Origin: a virus
Lineage: Duplodnaviria; Caudoviricetes
IMG/VR virus record: IMGVR_UViG_3300048030_000249
Span: 1 to 26,381 of that record
Direction: 5' to 3' (one strand)
DNA length: 26,381 bases
Shown: positions 20,501-25,203 of the stretch, one piece after another
Layout of the letters: each line of letters begins with the position of its first letter
Numbering within the stretch: the stretch's first letter is position 1
Notes under the pieces: model-generated
What the model saw: only the letters and a program-made list of their open reading frames with translations
What the model was told of the DNA's origin: nothing
Databases searched by the model: none
Made by a program: the position numbers and the translations under genes

Positions 20501-21137
20501 ATATACTAAGAGACTTGATAATGACTTTATCACTTTGAATGATAATGCATTCTTAGGTTTCCCAAGTATGGTTGCATCATCAATAAATGAAACAAACGAA
20601 ATGAGTGGTGCTAAATCATTTACAACTGTATTACAAATGCAGTCGTTTAATAATAATATTTCACCAGTTGTGGATGTATCATCTATTGGTGTGATTGGAA
20701 TCGGAAACAGATTAAATCAAATCAATAGTTCTAGCGACCTATCAATTGCAACTGATTATGTCTCATCTACAGAAAGTGATGCAGACAATAATGCAATGGT
20801 ATACTGTACTAGAAAAGTAAATTTAAAGACTCCTGCATCATCCGTTAAGGTTATTGCAGATTTCTTTAGACCACCAACTACAGATTTAAAAGTTATGTTC
20901 AAAGTGTTATCAAATGATGATTCAACACCTTTTGATGAACTGGATTGGAGATACTTCAATACAGATGGTTCACCCGATATAACTACAGAAAGAGATGCAA
21001 GAAACTTTAAAGAATATGAGTTTACTGCAGAGAACTTACCCGAGTTCAGTGCATTTGCAGTTAAGATAGTTGGACAGGGAACTAACACTTCAGTAGTACC
21101 ATTGGTATCTGCTCTTAGGTGTTTAGCACTTGCATAA
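14532..21137 (+). CDS. Large baseplate/virion protein, DUF4815 (VrlC-like)
   Basis: 2201 aa. N-terminal LNVSPYYDDY...KNFHKVL.R.GR.LQ.REL.Q.QSILQNQIE.FG.H.FKEGS; also APG.DR, GKAYVKGYE, RFKSGF.VDNF and DPLAQSF. Follows gp8 as in marine T4-like phages. Confidence 0.85.
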   Translation: MAEKTDLNVSPYYDDYSEDKNFHKVLYRAGRALQSRELIQSQSILQNQIERFGGHMFKEGSIVQGAQTDINMELYYVKVDSANPNSLGDTNAETYRQSFHGKFLKGKTTGVVAKVITSSAETTDDSLTLFVKYQSQGTDTSNSFTFSSAEELQEVTVDGDGVVALNTTNYNEFTVGTETTINSVNGLASIANISEGVVFIRGFFIKVPAQELILEKYSGRPSYRVGLTIVESAINSATDDSLNDNATGTTNENAPGGDRLSIALTLSKYALTTTDDSDFVETMRVNNGIIELEVNRPMYNEIENTLARRTFDANGDFVVNQFTHSLREHLDDSTNRGFYASSQGGDESQFVMQVSPGKAYVKGYEIDKVGTTTIPFSKARTTVSLDNANTPIRLGNKLKVKNIHSLPEFGNEAGDDAMSPFAPCELWNTSISSAGTKPTTLQIGTARVRNIDLDSGSDSGDVYTNASVFNLYMFDIKMFTRISGTLSGTFSTGDRVVSSSGATAIVSHTDGAELFVHDVVGTFVIGNSITTEGVTSGTTTVTAVRSYNVDRARSITQTAKNTNREIFTADLVADSDKTLTGSLTMTTGGTGVTGFGTKYLSELKEGDIIVDQAGNENVVASVTDDLSLTLTGNGSTAFSGNATRRRVRIFDQDQTAAISSWPRDWISSHTAESIQVRRQEVVTVASNEVQLSTGSNGVFGAKNTDNFTIAVIEAATGYAQGDLLNIEDFGGSPQSSGSGQTLTLTGFDSADNGAVLRVTSTITITDPVNRDKTIRHARLLKVGSARSAGGKYGTAYDDREISLGVADAFKIRGIYEGVGGTTPLPPSATFTVSSGTFVNYEKFIGQTSNAHGIIITTGGTTYFYYVSGTFVDAETVVGQTSKSVATLSNVSQGSSNITSRYFFDNGQRDGFYDLGKLTLKTGSAKPSNPILICFDYFTPSGSGDFFDVESYASIDYRDIPVYSPNKVDLGGLEPDGTFELSDSLDFRPVCGQILGTSTFGSNNAQDPTNPVNLSTDAQFAPFGYTTGRNFEGSRTGISSTGANATDTPVTGSSFVGDISFYVGRYDKVFLHKSGSFQTSVGTPSLTPSKPKGVDESIELFELYVPPYTLNLSNIRVRSQDHRRFTMKDVARINNRVTNLERITSLSLLEKDTQTKQIIDEDGLDRFKSGFLVDNFRGHRVGDVNHPDYNVAIDTKLGAMRPKSYQQFFDISLNTATSSSYTKTGDLITLPFSESSFVNQDKASRTINVNPYNVFAFIGNIKLTPGTDVWQDTDQLPEVRINREGNFDAIQALNENALGTVWNSWQTTWVGEPAQVSSEVESTSNGSWSGDPTQGGEWVAGQQITREITETVETQTRTGVTTSVVEDFVETRNDRVVSVTLIPFMRARTIEIDADNLKPNTNHYVFFDNMRVDEYTRPFSATYSQDGGVTATSFLKTDGNGRLRAYFDLPNTDKQRFPTGMREVKITSSFYNLSNPPSSGTEIYQAQGLLQSSQTEVVSTRNARVITGSTTGDRTITRRGEILNTEVFDDVAPIIPIDIIPPVIIDPPIVSPLLPPVVLPPLPIEPPLPPFIGIGRRRRFEDFEMRFDLEDLEPRWRDPLAQSFMVESNGGMFVSSIDVFFETKDATLPVSVEIRNMVNGYPGQLVMPFSIATKTPSQVNTSTDGSVATTFTFDSPVYLKQNQEMCFVVYSNSNEYNVFISRMGETDLATGQTIAGQPYAGSLFMSQNASTWTAEQTDDLKFNLKKCKFDITKTPLLKFDNDTLPVHTLQNNPIETFSGQNYVRVINYLHGMYTTSSNTTVASVVGDKQGSVLTIGTPVVSGTPANGTYTNVATTTTGSGVGCTVDVIVTDSAVSSCVISGTGSNYTESDSLTITNFDGGTTDATIAIDSIGETLGGIPVSAINSTFTAISNIAIDSFTVIPDLSAFDLKAGYVADNSTLGGGSVATASRDYYFDSLHTMIPSTQVEGTRIVSSVNLTPATSPEGYINGTAYTKRLDNDFITLNDNAFLGFPSMVASSINETNEMSGAKSFTTVLQMQSFNNNISPVVDVSSIGVIGIGNRLNQINSSSDLSIATDYVSSTESDADNNAMVYCTRKVNLKTPASSVKVIADFFRPPTTDLKVMFKVLSNDDSTPFDELDWRYFNTDGSPDITTERDARNFKEYEFTAENLPEFSAFAVKIVGQGTNTSVVPLVSALRCLALA

Positions 21138-21346
21138 TGAAGGTAGAAGGACATAGTAATCTTATAAGAGATGAACATTCTTCTGCTATTGTAAGTACAG
21201 ATTATAATGGGTATCTTGCAGTAAAGAAGAGACGTGAGTTACAAAAGAAAACGACAGAGGATATAAATACATTAAAGGAAGAGGTGGGAGAGATTAAAAA
21301 TCTACTTTCAGACTTAATAGAGAAATTACATGGCAAAGACAGTTAA
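21137..21346 (+). CDS. Small conserved T4-like phage protein with C-terminal coiled coil
   Basis: The likely start is the ATG at 21137 (TAATG overlap) rather than 21119, giving 69 aa: MKVEGHSNLIRDEHSSAIV...INTLKEEVGEIKNLL. Confidence 0.75.
   Translation: MKVEGHSNLIRDEHSSAIVSTDYNGYLAVKKRRELQKKTTEDINTLKEEVGEIKNLLSDLIEKLHGKDS
21262..21269 (+). promoter_or_regulatory. Possible internal late promoter for the fibre genes
   Basis: Exact TATAAATA about 60 nt upstream of 21330. It lies inside a CDS and lacks the downstream G seen at most other sites. Confidence 0.35.
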
Positions 21347-22514
21347 TCAGTTTAGTACTATAGAAGACTTCAGAAAGAAGTATAACGAACTTGCAATTGA
21401 TGTAGGGGATAAGAGTGGATTAAGAACAACCAACTCTTCTACATTGGTCGATGCAGTAAATTCACTAGAAGATAAATCATTCTTCTTCCAAGAATTTGTT
21501 TATATTGCAACTGCTGGACAAACTGCTTTTAGTGGTGACGATTCATTTGGAAACTCTTTAGAGTTCCGTGCAAATAGAATCCAAGTGTTCAAAAATGCAC
21601 AACATTTAATTGAAGGAACAGACTTCACAATTAGTGGTGCAAGTGGAAACAAACACACTATTATAACTTTAACTTCAGGTGCAACAGTATCTGATAAAGT
21701 TGTAATCTATTCATTTACAGGTTCTTACTTAGGAACAAACATTGGTTCAGGTAGTGGAGTTGCAGGACAGTTTACAGAGACTGCTGCAAATACTATTTAC
21801 AATATCAATGATTCAGGTGTTATTCTAAATGGAGAAGGTTCTCCAAATCAAACAACATCATTACAGAGTGGATTCAATATTCAACTTGCAGGAAAGACTT
21901 ATGCAGAAGATGATATAACACTTGCAAGTGGTAAAACTCTAACAGCATCAACACTAACAGATGGAACTGCATCTATTTCAGGTGGAGTTGGAACAGGTTT
22001 TAGTTCTATAACATCAACATCATTAGTAGGTGCATTAACAGGTAATGCAACAACATCATCAACAACATCTTCTATATCAAACCATGCAGTAAGTGGTTTG
22101 AGTGATGTGCAAACTAGTTCACCACAAAATGGACAATTGATGGTTTGGAACAATTCTGCAGGATATTGGGAAAACCAAAATGCAGCTGCAACTTATACAA
22201 ATGAAGATGCAATGGATGCTGCTGCTGGAATGATTACTAGTGCAACACATAGTAACATAACTGTAAGTTATGATGATGCAAATAACACACTGGCATTTTC
22301 TGCAGCTGCACAATATGGTGATTCAGATGCAAGAAGTGCTATTTCGGGTGGAGATGGTTTAACTTATAACTCATCTAATGGTGTGATGGCTGCAAATACA
22401 TCAAATGGTGTTAAGATAGACTCAGATAATATTGAATTAGACTATGAAGTCGTTAGTAATGCCCCTTCGGGAGTTGGGTCAACATCAACTGGACACTTAT
22501 GGTTCGTTATATAA
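21330..22514 (+). CDS. Fibre/whisker-like structural protein
   Basis: 394 aa. N-terminal T.EDFRKKYNEL..DVGD...L......LV.AVN, an ATAGQT.F beta module, a Gly/Ser/Thr-rich shaft, an LSDV....PQNGQ.MVWN....W module and C-terminal APSG.....GHLWFVI. Confidence 0.7.
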   Translation: MAKTVNQFSTIEDFRKKYNELAIDVGDKSGLRTTNSSTLVDAVNSLEDKSFFFQEFVYIATAGQTAFSGDDSFGNSLEFRANRIQVFKNAQHLIEGTDFTISGASGNKHTIITLTSGATVSDKVVIYSFTGSYLGTNIGSGSGVAGQFTETAANTIYNINDSGVILNGEGSPNQTTSLQSGFNIQLAGKTYAEDDITLASGKTLTASTLTDGTASISGGVGTGFSSITSTSLVGALTGNATTSSTTSSISNHAVSGLSDVQTSSPQNGQLMVWNNSAGYWENQNAAATYTNEDAMDAAAGMITSATHSNITVSYDDANNTLAFSAAAQYGDSDARSAISGGDGLTYNSSNGVMAANTSNGVKIDSDNIELDYEVVSNAPSGVGSTSTGHLWFVI

Positions 22515-22523
22515 GATTATGCT

Positions 22524-23771
22524 ATGTCAGATGAAATTTATATAAACACTGGGACAACGATACAACAACCCTTTAATCAGAGAAACCCTGCACAAGGAAC
22601 TACACCGACAACTGCACAGAGGACTGCTCAACAACCTGCAATTGCACAACAGCCAGGCACTTATAGTAACAGGTCTCCTTTTACATATAGACATCCTGCA
22701 AATGGACAACAACCCTACATAGCAAATGCTCAGCAACCGTATCCTTACATTGCTAATGCACAAAATCCTTATCCTGCAAATGCACAACAACCGTATCCAT
22801 ATATAGCAAATGCACAACAACCGTATCCATATATTGCAAATGCAAGGCAACCTTATATAGCAAATGCACAACAACCGTATCCATATATTGCTAATGCACA
22901 AACATCGTATCCTGCAAATGCCCAACAACCTTATCCGTATATTGCAAATGCCCAACAACCTTATCCGTACATTGCTAATGCACAAAATCCTTATCCTGCA
23001 AATGCTCAGCAACCTTATCCGTATATTGCAAATAGTCAAAGTCCGTACTCATATAACCAACCATCAACATATAGTAGACAGGGAACTACTGTAACGAATG
23101 TATCATATACTGAAACATTAACTGCCCAAGATACACTTAGTTTTAGTGGACATGGGGATAATCATGTTAGATTTGATATAGCTAATGTAAGTAGTAGACA
23201 GTTTGAAATTATTGATGGTCGAGTCAACTTTCTTATAACTATTTCTACATCGGGGTCTAATACTATTTTTAATATGGATGTTCGATATCAAACTCATTTT
23301 GGTGATGGATTTAGTGGTTTTGTTGGAGTTAGTGGAACACCTTCTAGTATCTCATTGCCCACAAACCAAACTTATAGAGATGTATTCCAATACTCGTTCC
23401 CAACATCAACAGCACCCACAACTTTTGGATACGAAGAAACCGATGCACCTATTTTCACCAAGTTTCCAAATTATTCATCACATTCTGTAGGTCATGTGTG
23501 GGCAGCTGGAGTTGGTTCTACATACACTTTGTCAGAAGGAACTACTAATTCGACAGTGCAAAATGGTACTTTTGCATTTGGTTGTGGTTTCACCCATTCT
23601 AGAGCCCCTAGTGGAAATACTAACTTTAGTGCTTATGGAGAAGGAAGTGTTGCATTTGACTTGAAATTTAACAGAAGTGGATTTCCTGAATTATCATCAG
23701 AAGAAATACACGTGATGGCCACATTTGAAAATGAGTATTCAGGTAGTAGTGGTGGTGGAGGGCCGTTCTAA
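22524..23771 (+). CDS. Repeat fibre protein A: QQPYPYIANA array plus unique C-terminal (putative receptor-binding) domain
   Basis: 415 aa. Residues 62-171 are twelve 8/10-aa repeats. Residues from about 190 to 415 are non-repetitive and aromatic/beta-rich. Confidence 0.8.
   Translation: MSDEIYINTGTTIQQPFNQRNPAQGTTPTTAQRTAQQPAIAQQPGTYSNRSPFTYRHPANGQQPYIANAQQPYPYIANAQNPYPANAQQPYPYIANAQQPYPYIANARQPYIANAQQPYPYIANAQTSYPANAQQPYPYIANAQQPYPYIANAQNPYPANAQQPYPYIANSQSPYSYNQPSTYSRQGTTVTNVSYTETLTAQDTLSFSGHGDNHVRFDIANVSSRQFEIIDGRVNFLITISTSGSNTIFNMDVRYQTHFGDGFSGFVGVSGTPSSISLPTNQTYRDVFQYSFPTSTAPTTFGYEETDAPIFTKFPNYSSHSVGHVWAAGVGSTYTLSEGTTNSTVQNGTFAFGCGFTHSRAPSGNTNFSAYGEGSVAFDLKFNRSGFPELSSEEIHVMATFENEYSGSSGGGGPF
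22707..23036 (+). repeat. Coding tandem array A, 12 units of 24/30 nt
   Basis: Unit lengths in aa are 8,10,8,10,10,8,10,8,10,10,8,10 (total 110 aa). Nucleotide core resembles caacaacc(g/t)tatcc(a/g/t)tatattgcaaatgc. Confidence 0.95.
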
Positions 23772-24463
23772 TGCCTATTTGGACATCAAACCCATCTCCG
23801 TATCCGTATATTGCTAGTGCGCAGAGTCCTGCAATAGGTCAATCTCCTTCTACATATTCTAGACAAGGTCAAACACCGTTTACGTATATTGCAAGACAAC
23901 CTACTACTTATTCAAGACAGGGTCAAACACCGTTTACGTATAATGCAACAGGAAGAACCCCTTTTACGTATATTGCAAGACAACCTAGTACATATGCAAG
24001 ACAAGGTCAGACACCTTTTACGTATCAAGCAAGGTCTCCTTTTACATATGAAAGACAGGGTCAAACACCGTTTACATATCAGAGAACTGGTAGAACACCA
24101 TTTACGTATATTGCAAGACAACCTAGTACATATGCACGACAAGGACAAACACCTTTTACATATCAAGCAAGGTCTCCAATCACATATAGACATCCTGCAT
24201 CAGCACAACAACCTTATATTGCAAACTCACAAACTAATGTTGTATATCAAGTTACCTATAATACACCTTATACATTCCAAGCACCATACATATATCAACA
24301 ACCCTCAATTGCAACTAGAGGAGTAGGGCCAGTTGCAAAGGTTAAAGGTGTATATGTAAATGATAATGGAACTCTAAGAAAATTATCAGAAGTATATGCA
24401 AACAATAGTGGAACGGTAGAAAAAATACATCAGTCTGTACCTACTTCTCAGTTTAGTAATTAA
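23771..24463 (+). CDS. Repeat fibre protein B: TPFTY..RQGQ array
   Basis: 230 aa with a TAATG overlap and GGAGG SD at 23757-23761. Residues 25-134 are twelve 8/10-aa repeats. C-terminal VKGVYVNDNGTLRK..EVYANNSG. Confidence 0.8.
   Translation: MPIWTSNPSPYPYIASAQSPAIGQSPSTYSRQGQTPFTYIARQPTTYSRQGQTPFTYNATGRTPFTYIARQPSTYARQGQTPFTYQARSPFTYERQGQTPFTYQRTGRTPFTYIARQPSTYARQGQTPFTYQARSPITYRHPASAQQPYIANSQTNVVYQVTYNTPYTFQAPYIYQQPSIATRGVGPVAKVKGVYVNDNGTLRKLSEVYANNSGTVEKIHQSVPTSQFSN
23843..24172 (+). repeat. Coding tandem array B, 12 units of 30/24 nt
   Basis: Unit lengths in aa are 10,8,10,10,8,10,8,10,10,8,10,8 (total 110 aa). tattgcaagacaacctagtacatatgca occurs at 23971 and 24109, a 138-nt period. Confidence 0.95.
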
Positions 24464-24468
24464 AAACG

Positions 24469-24476
24469 CATAAATA
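24469..24476 (+). promoter_or_regulatory. T4-type late promoter (CATAAATA)
   Basis: Intergenic CATAAATA-GTTAT-ATG. Confidence 0.7.
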
Positions 24477-24481
24477 GTTAT

Positions 24482-24814
24482 ATGGCTATACTTGCAAACA
24501 TTTTTATCGACCAAGGAACAGACTTCAGTATTACAGTAGATGTAACCGATTCTGCAGGTGATGTGTTGAATATGACTAATTACACTTCTGCAGGTCAAAT
24601 AAGAAAAACATACACCTCCTCAACTGTTAGTGCAACCTTTACCACAAGTATTAATGCAGCTGCAGGTCAAGTAACATTATCTTTAAACGATACTACAACT
24701 TCAGGATTAGAAGCAGGTAGATACGTTTACGATTTAAATATAACATCAGGTGGAGGACAAACCACAAGAGTGGTTGAAGGACAAGCAATAGTCACACCTG
24801 GCGTAACGAGGTAG
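24482..24814 (+). CDS. Conserved virion structural/adaptor protein (Ig/BppU-N-like)
   Basis: 110 aa. Motifs N..IDQGTDF, QIRK.Y, G.V.LSL....T..L.AGRYVYD and RVVEG...VTPGVTR, typical of small structural proteins of marine T4-like phages. Confidence 0.75.
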   Translation: MAILANIFIDQGTDFSITVDVTDSAGDVLNMTNYTSAGQIRKTYTSSTVSATFTTSINAAAGQVTLSLNDTTTSGLEAGRYVYDLNITSGGGQTTRVVEGQAIVTPGVTR

Positions 24815-24817
24815 ATT

Positions 24818-25063
24818 ATGTCAAACATTAAAGGAACATTAAGTAGAGTTGCCACAATAGGTGGTAGAGTAGCAGGAACAGGAAATGTTCGTGCAAAACA
24901 AGTTGCAATAGGTTCAGGTTCAAGTGGAACGGATTTAAGTCAAAAATCTCTTAACGAATTAGCAGACGTAAATGCATCAGAAACAGACGATGGATTATTG
25001 TCTTACGATGCATCATCAGACAAGTGGACAACTACTACAAATTTAGATGGTGGAACATTCTAG
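24818..25063 (+). CDS. Small fibre-associated protein
   Basis: 81 aa with a GAGG SD. Contains L.ELADV......DGLL.YD....KW and ends in LDGGTF. Confidence 0.7.
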   Translation: MSNIKGTLSRVATIGGRVAGTGNVRAKQVAIGSGSSGTDLSQKSLNELADVNASETDDGLLSYDASSDKWTTTTNLDGGTF

Positions 25064-25066
25064 TTG

Positions 25067-25074
25067 TCTAAATA
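25067..25074 (+). promoter_or_regulatory. Variant late promoter (TCTAAATA) for the tail fibre
   Basis: Lies just after the stop of the 81-aa gene, at the start of a 140-nt intergenic region. Confidence 0.5.
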
Positions 25075-25091
25075 CTAGTACAAAAATCAAG

Positions 25092-25169
25092 GTGTCATCC
25101 AATGAGACACGACCCACATAGTGAGTGGACAGGTATATTATGTAATCACGACTCGGATAGTGAAGAGTC
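25092..25169 (+). ncRNA. Candidate structured 5' leader with three hairpins
   Basis: GTGTC/GACAC (25092-25110), CCAC/GTGG (25114-25128) and GACTC/GAGTC (25150-25169). The loops of the second and third hairpins both contain ATAGTGA. Confidence 0.5.
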
Positions 25170-25203
25170 ATTTATAACAATTAAATTTTTATAGGAAATA
25201 AAA

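Noticed and set aside
21119-21136. ORF-track start at 21119
   Set aside because: It overlaps the preceding gene. The ATG at 21137 forms the TAATG junction used throughout the window.
22461-22474. cUUCGg tetraloop near the end of the 394-aa gene
   Set aside because: The stem is only two perfect pairs, it lies within coding sequence and has no U-tract.
23750-23773. Programmed -1 frameshift fusing A and B
   Set aside because: There is no X XXY YYZ heptamer in the short open window, while a good SD and a TAATG overlap explain re-initiation. It is not formally excluded.
22707-24172. Arrays as CRISPR or as DGR template/variable repeats
   Set aside because: Units are contiguous, in frame and vary mainly at synonymous positions. 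There are no unique spacers, cas genes, reverse transcriptase or adenine-specific mismatch pair in the window.
22527-24326. Cys/Ile/Arg-rich antisense ORFs (22527-23039, 23912-24193) and alternative-frame ORFs (22864-23094, 23889-24326)
   Set aside because: These are shadows of the repeat arrays: a stop-free unit repeated gives long open frames. They have no independent signals.
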